A stretch of DNA of 56,614 bases. Origin: an uncultured Erysipelotrichaceae bacterium (GTDB lineage Bacteria > Bacillota_I > Bacilli_A > Erysipelotrichales > Erysipelotrichaceae). Each line of letters opens with the position of its first letter. Position 1 is the stretch's first letter. Positions 40,903 through 51,162 of this stretch are shown one piece after another. Under the pieces are notes generated by a model. The model worked only from the letters and a program-made list of their open reading frames with translations. It had not been told where the DNA came from and searched no databases. Location of the stretch: contig CASFOT010000138.1 in assembly GCA_949296305.1 (NCBI GenBank), positions 1-56,614 of the forward strand. The letters run 5' to 3'. Both the position numbers and the translations under genes were made by a program.

Positions 40903-42819
40903 ATGGGAAAGTTTACAAATGATGCAAAGCTGCTGTTAGAATATGTAGGTGGCAAAGAAAACATCAACGCCGTTTCACACTGTGTTACACGCATGCGATT
41001 TGTTTTAGCAGATCCGAATAAAGCAGATGTGAATAAAATCGAATCCCTGTCGAGTGCCAAAGGCACCTTTACTCAATCTGGTCAGTTTCAAGTGATCATC
41101 GGGAATGAGGTCAGCGAATTTTACAATGAGTTTACTGCTATTGCCGGCATTGAAGGAGTCAGCAAAGATGCCGTCAAAAATGCTGCTAAAACGAATCAAA
41201 CGATCTTACAGCGAATCATGGGTGCCCTAGGAGAAATATTTGCACCTATCATCCCTGCTTTGATTTGCGGTGGTCTGATCTTAGGATTCCGCAACATCAT
41301 TGGTGAATTGCCAATTTTCGATGGTCAGACATTGGCATCCAGCTCTCAATTTTGGGAAGGAACTTATAATTTCTTATGGCTGATTGGTGAAGCTGTTTTC
41401 CATCTCTTACCTGTGGGCATCGTCTGGTCTATTACAAAAAAGATGGGGACGACACAAATGCTCGGTATCGTATTAGGTTTGACATTGGTTTCTCCGCAAT
41501 TATTAAATGGTTTTTCTGTTGCTAGTACTCCAGCAGCAGACATTCCTGTCTGGGATTTTGGTTTTGCACAAGTTCAAATGATCGGTTATCAAGGTCAGGT
41601 CATCGCAGCTATGATGGCTGGATTCGTTCTTGTTTTCCTAGAAAAATTTTTCCGAAAACATTGTCCAGCAGTGATTTCTATGATCGTAGTTCCTTTCTGT
41701 TCACTTGTACCTGCCGTCATCATTGCGCATACCATTGTCGGACCAATTGGCTGGACGATCGGCAACTTCATTGCTGATGTTGTTTATAACGGCTTGATGA
41801 GTCCAGTAGGTGTATTATTTGCAGGTGTATTCGGATTGTTATATGCCCCAGTAGTCATGACAGGTCTTCACCATATGACCAATGCCATTGACACTCAGCT
41901 CGCCACTCTATACAATGGAACGATTTTATGGCCTATGATTGCTTTAAGCAATATTGCACAAGGCTCCAGCGTGTTGGCAATGAGCGTTTTACAGAAGAAA
42001 AATGAACGTGCCCAACAAGTCAATGTTCCAGCTTGTATTTCATGTTATCTTGGCGTAACTGAGCCAGCACTATTTGGTGTAAATTTAAAATATGGATTCC
42101 CTTTAATCTGCGGTATGATCGGCTCCAGCATTGCAGCGATGATTTCAGTCGGATGCGGTGTCAAAGCATTCAGCATCGGCGTTGGCGGTCTGCCGGGGAT
42201 CATTTCCATTCGTCCTGAATTTTATGTACCGTTCTTGATCGCAATGGCGGCTGCAATCATTATACCGTTTGTGCTAACTTTACTTGTAGGTGCTAAAAAA
42301 CTGAATGAAAAAGACCGCAGCGATCAAACCGTGTCAGAAAACATCCATCAAGAAGATCCTGCGTCCATACCGCTTTATGATGGTTTCGTATCGCCAATGG
42401 ATGGTAACCTCTTACCACTAAATAAAGTACAAGACCAAGCATTTGCTTCTAAAGCCATGGGCGATGGATTTGCCATCGATCTAAAAGGCAGCCAGGTCGT
42501 ATCCCCAGTCAACGGAGAAGTCATCGTATGCTTTCCAACCAATCATGCCTATGGATTAAAGACCAGCGATGGAAAAGAAATACTCATCCATATCGGCATG
42601 GATACTGTCGAATTAAATGGTGAAGGATTTATTCCTCATGTCCAAGTTGGTGATATGATCCATAAAGGTGATCTTCTTTGCGAGGTCGATCCTTCCTTCA
42701 TTGTAAGCAAAAATAAATCACTCGTATCGCCGATCGTTTTCACCAGCGGAGAAAGCATTCAATTGAAAAAACAAGGTACAGTACATGTACTAGACGAAGA
42801 AATTATTCAGTTTGACTAA
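40903..42819 (+). CDS. treP: PTS trehalose transporter EIIBCA
   Basis: HCVTRMRF (EIIB), TGLHH and GVTEPALFGVNL (EIIC), HAYG..HIGMDTV (EIIA). Flanked by treR and treC. Confidence 0.93.
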   Translation: MGKFTNDAKLLLEYVGGKENINAVSHCVTRMRFVLADPNKADVNKIESLSSAKGTFTQSGQFQVIIGNEVSEFYNEFTAIAGIEGVSKDAVKNAAKTNQTILQRIMGALGEIFAPIIPALICGGLILGFRNIIGELPIFDGQTLASSSQFWEGTYNFLWLIGEAVFHLLPVGIVWSITKKMGTTQMLGIVLGLTLVSPQLLNGFSVASTPAADIPVWDFGFAQVQMIGYQGQVIAAMMAGFVLVFLEKFFRKHCPAVISMIVVPFCSLVPAVIIAHTIVGPIGWTIGNFIADVVYNGLMSPVGVLFAGVFGLLYAPVVMTGLHHMTNAIDTQLATLYNGTILWPMIALSNIAQGSSVLAMSVLQKKNERAQQVNVPACISCYLGVTEPALFGVNLKYGFPLICGMIGSSIAAMISVGCGVKAFSIGVGGLPGIISIRPEFYVPFLIAMAAAIIIPFVLTLLVGAKKLNEKDRSDQTVSENIHQEDPASIPLYDGFVSPMDGNLLPLNKVQDQAFASKAMGDGFAIDLKGSQVVSPVNGEVIVCFPTNHAYGLKTSDGKEILIHIGMDTVELNGEGFIPHVQVGDMIHKGDLLCEVDPSFIVSKNKSLVSPIVFTSGESIQLKKQGTVHVLDEEIIQFD

Positions 42820-42833
42820 TTGGAGGATTTTAC

Positions 42834-44483
42834 ATGAAACATTCACATAAAACAGTTTATCAAATTTATCCAAAATCTTTCTGTGATTCAAATGGTGATG
42901 GATGGGGCGATCTTCAAGGTGTCATCCGTAAGCTTGACTATTTACAAATGCTTGGCATCGAATATATCTGGTTCAACGCTATGTTTGTTTCCCCGCAGCG
43001 TGATAATGGATATGATGTTGCAGATTATCGAATGATCGACCCACGATATGGCACTATGGATGATTTTGAGCAATTATGCCAAGAAGCAAAAAAGCGTAAT
43101 ATCGATATCATGCTGGATATGGTATTCAATCACACATCTACTGAACATGAGTGGTTTCAAAAAGCGATTCACGGCGATGAAACATATAAAAACTATTATA
43201 TTTTCCGAAAAGGAAATGCAGATGGCAGCGCACCAACAAACTGGCAGTCAAAATTTGGAGGTCCTGCATGGGAATATGTAGAAAGCTTGGATGAATATTA
43301 CCTTCATCTTTATGATGTAACCCAAGCCGATCTGAATTGGGAAAACCCGGCAGTTCGTCAAGAAATGGCAGATATCGTTAATTATTGGCGTTCAAAAGGA
43401 GTACACGGTTTTCGTTTTGATGTCGTGAATCTTATTTCAAAAGGCTCCTTTGAAGATGATCCTGATCATTTTGACGGACGACAGTTTTATACAGATGGAC
43501 CACACGTTCACGAATATTTAAAAGAACTCAATGAACGAAGCTTCGGTTTGGATGAAGCATCCATGACTGTTGGTGAAATGAGCTCGACCACCATTGAAAA
43601 CTGCGTTCGTTATTCAGGAGCAAATGCGCATGAGCTTTCCAGCGTGTTTACCTTCCATCATCTGAAAGTCGACTATAAAAACAAGCAAAAATGGTCCTTG
43701 ATGAACTTTGATTTCTTAGAGCTTAAACAATTGCTTAACCAATGGCAGATCGGCATGCAGGAAGCAAATGCATGGAACGCATTATTCTGGTGCAACCATG
43801 ACCAGCCACGTGCTGTATCTCGTTTTGGTGATGATAAAAAATATCCTAAACAATCCGCAAAAATGCTGGCTACTTGTCTGCATTGCATGCGAGGAACCCC
43901 TTACGTCTATCAAGGAGAGGAAATCGGCATGACCAATGCCTATTTCACAGATATCCAACAATATCAGGACGTTGAAAGCATCAATTTCTTCAATATATTA
44001 AAAAGCCTAGGAAAGAGCGAACAGGAAATTTATCACATCTTGCAAGAGCGCTCACGTGATAACGCTCGTACACCAATGCAATGGAACGATCAGCCAAACG
44101 CCGGCTTTACAGATGGCACTCCTTGGATCTCATTAACCAGCAATTATCCGATCATCAATGTCAACAATGCATTAGCTGATCCTGATTCCATCTTTTATCA
44201 TTATCAAAAACTGATTCAAATGCGCAAAACTTACGATGTGATTGCTGAAGGAAATTATGTCCCTTTATTTGAGGAGCATCTTCAAGTATTTGCATACAAG
44301 CGAACATTAAAAAATGAAGAATTGTATGTTATCAATAATTTTTACGGATCACCTTGCTTGATCCAGTTACCAGAAGCATGCGCTGACATGAAAATATTGA
44401 TATCAAATTACTCCGATACGAAAGCAGTTGACGAAATGACATTACGTCCATATGAATCATTTGTTCTCTATCAATCAAAATGA
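42834..44483 (+). CDS. treC: Trehalose-6-phosphate hydrolase (GH13)
   Basis: YQIYPKSF, GFRFDVVNLISK, FYTDGP, VGEMSST, NHDQPR, SRDNARTPMQW. Confidence 0.95.
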   Translation: MKHSHKTVYQIYPKSFCDSNGDGWGDLQGVIRKLDYLQMLGIEYIWFNAMFVSPQRDNGYDVADYRMIDPRYGTMDDFEQLCQEAKKRNIDIMLDMVFNHTSTEHEWFQKAIHGDETYKNYYIFRKGNADGSAPTNWQSKFGGPAWEYVESLDEYYLHLYDVTQADLNWENPAVRQEMADIVNYWRSKGVHGFRFDVVNLISKGSFEDDPDHFDGRQFYTDGPHVHEYLKELNERSFGLDEASMTVGEMSSTTIENCVRYSGANAHELSSVFTFHHLKVDYKNKQKWSLMNFDFLELKQLLNQWQIGMQEANAWNALFWCNHDQPRAVSRFGDDKKYPKQSAKMLATCLHCMRGTPYVYQGEEIGMTNAYFTDIQQYQDVESINFFNILKSLGKSEQEIYHILQERSRDNARTPMQWNDQPNAGFTDGTPWISLTSNYPIINVNNALADPDSIFYHYQKLIQMRKTYDVIAEGNYVPLFEEHLQVFAYKRTLKNEELYVINNFYGSPCLIQLPEACADMKILISNYSDTKAVDEMTLRPYESFVLYQSK

Positions 44484-44801
44484 TCATGAGCAGATGAACT
44501 CTATTTTGTCCCCCTGCATGCCGTACAATGAGATTTAAAAAATTCGTTTAGAAGATCAAGCGATTCTGCTGAAGCAGACAGAGAGAAATTTCTGCGAATC
44601 TGTCAAAGCGGGATCGTTTGATGTATAGAAAGACGATCTGAACCATTCAAACAGCCATTACGCGAATTCGCGTATGTCTTTCAATTTTTATTCTACCAAG
44701 CCTATTTGTTAAGGTCACTTATTTGATCTCATTTTATATTTATCATTGACCTCCATATCATTTTCGTTCAAACTATAAATAAGGATATGAGGTGAACCTT
44801 T

Positions 44802-45719
44802 ATGGAATTACATGAACAAATATTGACAGAAGTGAAAAAAGCAGTCTTTGGAAAAGATGAATTGCTTGAAAAAATACTAATTGCGATCTTAGCAAGAGGA
44901 CATATTTTGTTAGAAGATATTCCCGGTGTAGGCAAAACGACCATTGCTAAGGCTTTTGCACAAGTCATGGGATTAAAAAGCAAACGAATGCAGTTTACCG
45001 TCGATGTGCTGCCAAGCGATGTGGTCGGCTTCAGCGTCATTGATCCAGATACCAGAGAAGTCCACTTACATCCAGGTGCGATATTCTGTAATATCTTTTT
45101 AGCAGATGAAATCAATCGAACTTCCAGCCGGACACAAGCTGCGCTTTTAGAAGTTATGGAAGAAAACAGCATTACTGTGGATGGGACAACCTATCCTGCT
45201 TATGAACCCTTTATCGTGATCGCTACCCAAAATCCTTTTGGTTCTGCTGGAACACAACCGCTGCCAGAGAGCCAATTAGAACGCTTCTTGATGTGTTTAT
45301 CCTGCGGTTATCCAGATACGGAAGCTGAAATACAAATCTTAAAAAGCAAAAAGAATGACCATGAAGAGCCCAAACAAATTGCTGATACAGAAAAGATCAT
45401 TGCCATGCAAAAGCATTGTGATGAAATATTTATTCACGATGATCTATATGCCTACATCGTTTCTTTAGTACAGCAAACACGTGTACATCCGGCCATCCGA
45501 CAAGGAGCTAGCCCGCGCGCTTCGATCGCCTTAGCCAGCAGCGCCCGTGCACACGCATATCTGCACGATCGGACTTATATCATCCCATCCGACATACAAG
45601 CTGTATATTATGACATCATACAGCATCGAATCTATTTGTCTGAAGGAGCAAATACGCGTGCAGACAAGATTGCGGTCTTGAAAGAGATCCTCGCACACAC
45701 TAGTGAGCCAGCCATATGA
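44802..45719 (+). CDS. MoxR family AAA+ ATPase
   Basis: LLEDIPGVGKT, QFTVDVLPSD, ADEINR, ATQNP, LPESQLERF, GASPR. Confidence 0.93.
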   Translation: MELHEQILTEVKKAVFGKDELLEKILIAILARGHILLEDIPGVGKTTIAKAFAQVMGLKSKRMQFTVDVLPSDVVGFSVIDPDTREVHLHPGAIFCNIFLADEINRTSSRTQAALLEVMEENSITVDGTTYPAYEPFIVIATQNPFGSAGTQPLPESQLERFLMCLSCGYPDTEAEIQILKSKKNDHEEPKQIADTEKIIAMQKHCDEIFIHDDLYAYIVSLVQQTRVHPAIRQGASPRASIALASSARAHAYLHDRTYIIPSDIQAVYYDIIQHRIYLSEGANTRADKIAVLKEILAHTSEPAI

Positions 45720-46660
45720 AAAAAAGATGTTTTCTTTTCTGGATCGCTTATCTCTTCTTTTGGTCCTTTCTCGTGATTGCTTTTGTTGTGACCGATGCTT
45801 ACGAGCTCTTCCTTCTCTGTCTGGCGCTTGTGTTTTTGCCGCTGATTTCTTATATCACCCTGCGGATTCAGGCTCGTGCAATTCAAGCTCATCTTATAAA
45901 GAAAGACGAACAAGTATGGATCGAAGTCCAAGCACATCCTCTTCTAGGCAATCCTATGCTCCATGTACAGTTCAATGAACAACATTTATTTACGCAAGAA
46001 AATCATACGCGCATGATTGCTCTTCTGACATCGGCGCCGCTTTCATTTGAAGATGAACACTTTGGAGTTTTGAAACTCACAATAGAAGAAATTTATTTCT
46101 GTGATCCTCTTCATTTATTCTGTTTGAAAAAAAACATGCAGGAGACCCTTCGTTTTCTGTCCTTGCCAAAGCCTTCAAACATGACCACTTCGATCATCCA
46201 ATCAGCATCCAGCAAAAACAAGGAAGGTCAATGGATAGATAAACATGAGGTACGGGAATATCAGCCGGGCGACTCTCTCAAATGGATCCATCACAAACTG
46301 AGCTACAAAACACAAAAAATCATGGTACGTCTTTTTGAGAATGAGAACAATGCTAATGTTTCATTGTTCTTGGATCTGAGTCCCTCACTTTCTGAATGCA
46401 AGCAGTGCATTGCTTTTTATCAAAGTCTTGCTTCTTTCTTCTTACAGCATCAGATTCGATTACAAGTATGGTACTACAGTCAAGAAAAGCTTTGTCAGCA
46501 AAATGTACGATCCTTTAAAGAGATCATAGATTCGCTGAATCATATATTATCTTCACCAAAAAGCAGTGTTTCTACACTTCCAGCAAAGCTTCAGCTGATC
46601 GAACACGGCAACTACCTTTTAGATGAGAAGGGAGGAATATTTGATGCGTATAGATCGTAA
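45716..46660 (+). CDS. DUF58 domain membrane protein
   Basis: Two N-terminal TM segments, DPLHLF, VREYQPGDSLKWIHHKLS. ATGA overlap with the MoxR gene. Confidence 0.88.
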   Translation: MKKRCFLFWIAYLFFWSFLVIAFVVTDAYELFLLCLALVFLPLISYITLRIQARAIQAHLIKKDEQVWIEVQAHPLLGNPMLHVQFNEQHLFTQENHTRMIALLTSAPLSFEDEHFGVLKLTIEEIYFCDPLHLFCLKKNMQETLRFLSLPKPSNMTTSIIQSASSKNKEGQWIDKHEVREYQPGDSLKWIHHKLSYKTQKIMVRLFENENNANVSLFLDLSPSLSECKQCIAFYQSLASFFLQHQIRLQVWYYSQEKLCQQNVRSFKEIIDSLNHILSSPKSSVSTLPAKLQLIEHGNYLLDEKGGIFDAYRS

Positions 46661-48749
46661 TCATTTCACGATATCTCTTCCTTTTTTGATTGTGTTTTCT
46701 TATTTTCTTCATTTCCAGCTGGTATTTAATCCGATTGCCATCTCTTCCATGGTCATGCTTTTGCTCATCGTATTCTTATTTTATTTCATTAGCTGCAAAT
46801 TCCTTTCTTCACGTGTTCCTGTTTTTGTACTTTTCTTTTGTATCCTATTGATCATCTTTTTATTGGTCTTTTTTCCTTCTGTTTGGCATAGTCTCTATAA
46901 CGCTACGCTAGATACTTATCGTCAGTATTCTACCTTAAAATTTTATCCTTTTGCCACTTCTTTTACCACCGAAGAAGAACAGATCATCCGTTGGCTGATA
47001 TTGGGTCTGCTAGCACTGTTTCTTCTTTCGTTATATGACTGTTTATTGAATATCTGTCATTGGTTCCATCTCAGTGCCTTTCTGTTCATCGTCCTCTGCA
47101 TCCCTTGTCTATTGCATCATGTTGAACAGCCATTGACCATTTTGCCTTGCAGTTTACTGATCTTATACTTGTTGACTTCCCGCATGCAAACTTCTTTTCC
47201 GCATGCACTCTTCCTCTTCTTTTCTATTGTCATTTGTGTGCTCATGGCCGTATGCACCCTTTGTTTCCCTAAAGAACTTGTCTGGGAATATAATACAAAC
47301 TTTCGTGAAAAAACGATCACCAAGATTTTGACCAAGATCCAAAACCTTGGTGAACCAAAGGAGATGGATCAAATCGATTTACAAGATGCAGGTAATCGTT
47401 TATATGTCGGTGCGATCCATCTGCAAGTACAGGGAGAACCACAAACCTATTACTTGCATACGTTCAGCGGTTCAAACTATGAAGATAATCAATGGACCTT
47501 GCTGCCAGAGCATATTTATAGAGACCGGCAGATCGATTATGAAAAGATTTTGCTGCATCTTGATCCTTCTAACGAAGCGTTTCAACAAGTACAAAGCGAA
47601 CCTTCCAATCAACCGCTCAATGCACAGCAGATCGTCATCGAAGATTATCGCGGGAGCAATCAGCAAATTCTTCCATACTATCTATGTTCCGTAGATACTT
47701 CAATCGACCCTGTATATGATGCATTTTCCCTCCGTGACGTAGATCAGCTCACCTATGCTTACCAAGTCTGGGATCCCGCTTTATATGACCGCTATCAACA
47801 AAATGAGTATACCTATCCTGATGTAAGTGAAGATTATGGCAATTTTGTCAACAGTTACTATACACAATTAGATGAAAAAGAAAGAAATCTATTCACGAAA
47901 TTAAAACTTGTAAATCCACGTTATTTTTCATTAAAACAAGCCTCTTTGCAAGAAGTCAGCACGTATATACAGAATTACTTGTCTCAACAAACCGATTATA
48001 CGCTTTCCCCCGGCAATTTACCGGAAGGCGAAGATTTCCTTACGTACTTTTTAACGGAAAATCATCAAGGTTATTGCGTACATTATGCCACGGCAGCCAC
48101 TCTGATGCTGCGATATTATGGTTTTCCGGCACGTTATGTCGAAGGATATCGGATCACGGCAGAAGATTTTAACGGGAATTATGCATATGTGCGTGATTTC
48201 CATGCACATGCTTGGGTAGAGGTATACGATGAAGTCCTCGGCTGGATACCATTAGAATTTACGCAGGCTGCTCCTATGCATGAAGAAGCCGCCGATGAAG
48301 ATCTGCCAAGCGATCTTCCAGATACTCTTGATCAGCCAAACACCAATCAGCCAGTCAATCCTAGTGATGAACAAACACCGTTAAATCCGACACAAGTCAC
48401 GAAGAAAACCACTTTGCCGTCATCTGTGATCATCATTTCAATCTTAGGCAGCCTCTATTTCATCCAGCTGTTCATACGTCATCTTCTTCAAATTCGGCGT
48501 TGTCAGCAGGCCAATAGAGCCGATGCAGTCATTTCTAGCTATCATCTGATGCAGCGTTTGCAGAAAAATGGTTTAGCCATTCCAGCGCAAGCATTATCCC
48601 TTGCACAAAAAGCTCGTTTTTCAAAAGAAGGCATCACGGAAGAAGAAAAACAGCAAATGCTTCATTTATTTGAAAAATGTAAACAGCAAATTTCAGATCT
48701 GCCATTAAGAAGACGTCTGATCATACGTTTGCTTTATGCATTATGGTAA
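46644..48749 (+). CDS. Membrane protein with transglutaminase-like domain
   Basis: Multi-TM N-terminus, GYCVHYATA, PARYVEGY, HAWVEVY..GW. Confidence 0.9.
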   Translation: MRIDRNHFTISLPFLIVFSYFLHFQLVFNPIAISSMVMLLLIVFLFYFISCKFLSSRVPVFVLFFCILLIIFLLVFFPSVWHSLYNATLDTYRQYSTLKFYPFATSFTTEEEQIIRWLILGLLALFLLSLYDCLLNICHWFHLSAFLFIVLCIPCLLHHVEQPLTILPCSLLILYLLTSRMQTSFPHALFLFFSIVICVLMAVCTLCFPKELVWEYNTNFREKTITKILTKIQNLGEPKEMDQIDLQDAGNRLYVGAIHLQVQGEPQTYYLHTFSGSNYEDNQWTLLPEHIYRDRQIDYEKILLHLDPSNEAFQQVQSEPSNQPLNAQQIVIEDYRGSNQQILPYYLCSVDTSIDPVYDAFSLRDVDQLTYAYQVWDPALYDRYQQNEYTYPDVSEDYGNFVNSYYTQLDEKERNLFTKLKLVNPRYFSLKQASLQEVSTYIQNYLSQQTDYTLSPGNLPEGEDFLTYFLTENHQGYCVHYATAATLMLRYYGFPARYVEGYRITAEDFNGNYAYVRDFHAHAWVEVYDEVLGWIPLEFTQAAPMHEEAADEDLPSDLPDTLDQPNTNQPVNPSDEQTPLNPTQVTKKTTLPSSVIIISILGSLYFIQLFIRHLLQIRRCQQANRADAVISSYHLMQRLQKNGLAIPAQALSLAQKARFSKEGITEEEKQQMLHLFEKCKQQISDLPLRRRLIIRLLYALW

Positions 48750-48751
48750 CT

Positions 48752-48832
48752 AAAAATGCCCAGCACCTATGTGATCTATCCAAAAGCGGATCTTTTGGAA
48801 CAGGCCACACAGGAGCATCGGGCATTTTTTTA
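48752..48832. terminator. Long interrupted hairpin, probable bidirectional terminator
   Basis: AAAAATGCCC...TCCAAAAG-cggat-CTTTTGGA...GGGCATTTTT between convergent genes. Confidence 0.7.
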
Positions 48833-49693
48833 TTCATCAATTCTTTGATCCGATGAATTTTCTTTCATTTTCTCTTGATTTCCACTTGTCTGAAACGCTT
48901 TCCGATGTTCTTCTAGCGCCTTAAAGAAAGCGGTGATGTTTTCTTGTCTAGCTTGTTTTAAACGTCTAGGAAAAGCATCTGCCAGACGTTTTTTCGTATG
49001 TCGAAACGCGCTCATCCGTTGTTGATATTGTGCTTGCAGCCGTTCGATCGCAGCCATCAGATTTTCGTCTGCATCGCTTTGATCCAAGATCTGTGTAATA
49101 CGCTGGCTCAAAGGTTCTTCTAACGGAAAGATCGAAGCACTGCGGAATTGAGCTACCAGCTCTCGAAGACTATCTTCAAACAAGCGATAATCGCTGTTCT
49201 CACGCAAGATTGCATGGAACGTATGGATATTATCCCAGATAAACAGTCCTGACAGCAAGATAGCAAAGATCGACTGCAGATAAAATGGGATCTTATTTAA
49301 AAACGCAATGATCACCGGATGAACAAAACCTACCACGAATATGCCCATCACACCAAACATCAAAGAATTTCTTAAACATACCCGGCCATGGATATTAAAT
49401 CGCCGCTGTGAATAATCCCACCACTTGCTATGAAACAATTTTTCCATCACATAACTAGTTAGATATTCCAGTATGCTCGTCAAGATCATACCAGCTAAAA
49501 ACAGTAATACCCATTGGTCAGAAAAAGGAGCCAATACATATAAGACGATCAAAGCCCCAAAGCCATAGATTGGACAATAGGGGCCTTCCAGAAACCCGCG
49601 ATTGATAAAATGGCCCGCAGGAATGCCGCAGTAAATACATTCACAAAGCCAACCTAAAAAACTATAGATAAAAAAGTATAAGATATGCTCCAT
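48830..49693 (-). CDS. Putative ABC-transporter permease-like protein (CmpB/DUF1113 family)
   Basis: YSFLGW..E, NRGFL.GP.CPIYG.G, LEY, WWDYS...NI.GRVCL. Confidence 0.88.
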   Translation of the reverse strand: MEHILYFFIYSFLGWLCECIYCGIPAGHFINRGFLEGPYCPIYGFGALIVLYVLAPFSDQWVLLFLAGMILTSILEYLTSYVMEKLFHSKWWDYSQRRFNIHGRVCLRNSLMFGVMGIFVVGFVHPVIIAFLNKIPFYLQSIFAILLSGLFIWDNIHTFHAILRENSDYRLFEDSLRELVAQFRSASIFPLEEPLSQRITQILDQSDADENLMAAIERLQAQYQQRMSAFRHTKKRLADAFPRRLKQARQENITAFFKALEEHRKAFQTSGNQEKMKENSSDQRIDE

Positions 49694-49785
49694 ACGATCA
49701 CCTCAGTAATTCTATTTACGCATATGTAATTATCTTATGCGAATTGCAGATAAAAAACAACTATGTTTTAAGCAAAAACGATCGG

Positions 49786-50652
49786 TCACCGTTGTGCTTT
49801 TCGATAGCCAGCAGCAATTGCCTCTTCTTCACTGTCAAACAACACGAGATATTTTGAATCTGCCATATCTTCATAAGCTGCCTGTCCAGGGCAATGATAG
49901 ATTTTTGAACGGCTGTTTCCTCGAATCACACCTTCTTCTTGAGACGAATCTTCTTTCTGTTCCACTTGATGGCTGTCTCCATCCACGTAATTGATTTCGA
50001 TGCCCGGCTGAACATTATAGACAAATACATGGAAACAGATCGATTCCCCTTGATCTTCGATCGAATATCCTTCCATCACGACCCCTCGTGCAACCAGTTC
50101 ATCATCAACAAAGATCGGAGTTACCCGATAAAGCACATGATTCCCAGTTTCCTTGATATAATCAGCGACCATATTTTCAAAAGGCAGCATCCCTTCTACA
50201 TTCATATAACGGGTGCCGGTGATCAAATTGCGTTCATTAGCATTTTCCCCGCTCAGCTGAAAACCAATCAGATGACAACGATTATACAAATATTTTCCAT
50301 CGACATTATCATACTTGACCGTATGCCAGCCAGTCGGTTTGATCATTCCGATGCTCTCCCTATCTTCATTTGGCATCAATTCAATGCTTATATTCGCAAA
50401 TGCCACGGTACAGCGACCCAGTTCATCCAGTTCTCCATAGGATTCAAATGTGTCAGATGATCGTTCTTCTGCGGTAAAGGAAGGTTCGTTATTGTTTATG
50501 ACAACATAAGGTTCCCCTTCATATGCTGGTATTTGATCGACCGTTATAGTTGTCTCATAGTCTGGTACAGAAATTTCTTCACTTAATTCACAGCCAAACA
50601 AGGCAAGTGCAAGCACCAAGAAGAGTGCTTGGTAAATATACCGTCGTCTCAT
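49786..50652 (-). CDS. Lipoprotein DNA/RNA non-specific endonuclease with a small C-terminal Ada-like domain
   Basis: Lipobox LFG-C, LDELGRC, KPTGW, YNRCHLIG, NLITGTRYMN..M..FE, YRVTP, and C-terminal GNSRSKIYH.PG...F.SEEEA.AAGYR. Confidence 0.9.
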   Translation of the reverse strand: MRRRYIYQALFLVLALALFGCELSEEISVPDYETTITVDQIPAYEGEPYVVINNNEPSFTAEERSSDTFESYGELDELGRCTVAFANISIELMPNEDRESIGMIKPTGWHTVKYDNVDGKYLYNRCHLIGFQLSGENANERNLITGTRYMNVEGMLPFENMVADYIKETGNHVLYRVTPIFVDDELVARGVVMEGYSIEDQGESICFHVFVYNVQPGIEINYVDGDSHQVEQKEDSSQEEGVIRGNSRSKIYHCPGQAAYEDMADSKYLVLFDSEEEAIAAGYRKAQR

Positions 50653-51077
50653 TGTTCTCTTTCTCCTCTCACATAATGTTCTACACTGATCTGGGCATGT
50701 GAGGATCCCTCCAAACGATATCGATCTACACAACGCCAAAGCGGAAGCACCATTGACATTTGAAACCGCTCATCACTAGGGTATCGGCGATTCCACCGAT
50801 AAAGAACAAGCTCCTCCAATTGATCTATCCAACGTAAGAAAGCCACATCTTCACAGATCCACCAGCCTTCATAACTTCTTGCCTCATTCCAATCATGCAC
50901 ATAATGGATCTTGTCGCTCTCTTCCAATCCATATAATGATGCGGTCTCTTTTTTCATGCAGAATCCTGCTGAACGATAACGTTTGATGACATCTTGCCGC
51001 TGCAATCGATCTTGAGTGAGCCTGCGGCCTGCAAAGCGAACGCCTCCTTGATCATCGATGCATAAAATCACCTTCAT
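50649..51077 (-). CDS. Hypothetical protein, degenerate DHFR-like pattern
   Basis: GGGAGG RBS, ATGA overlap with the nuclease gene, and motif order resembling dihydrofolate reductase (see findings). Confidence 0.75.
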   Translation of the reverse strand: MKVILCIDDQGGVRFAGRRLTQDRLQRQDVIKRYRSAGFCMKKETASLYGLEESDKIHYVHDWNEARSYEGWWICEDVAFLRWIDQLEELVLYRWNRRYPSDERFQMSMVLPLWRCVDRYRLEGSSHAQISVEHYVRGEREQ

Positions 51078-51136
51078 CTAGAAGTCCTCCCTTTTCTACA
51101 TTACCTATGATACACGTATTTTACGAATGAAGCGAG

Positions 51137-51162
51137 AAAAAAGGCGGAAAAAACCCGCCTTT
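51137..51162 (-). terminator. Intrinsic terminator after the Bce-like permease
   Basis: AAAGGCGG..CCGCCTTT hairpin with a U-run on the minus strand. Confidence 0.75.

Noticed and set aside
44555-44622. Hairpin as SRP (4.5S) RNA
   Set aside because: Lacks the conserved CAGG...GGAA...AGCAG domain IV arrangement. Kept only as an unknown structure.
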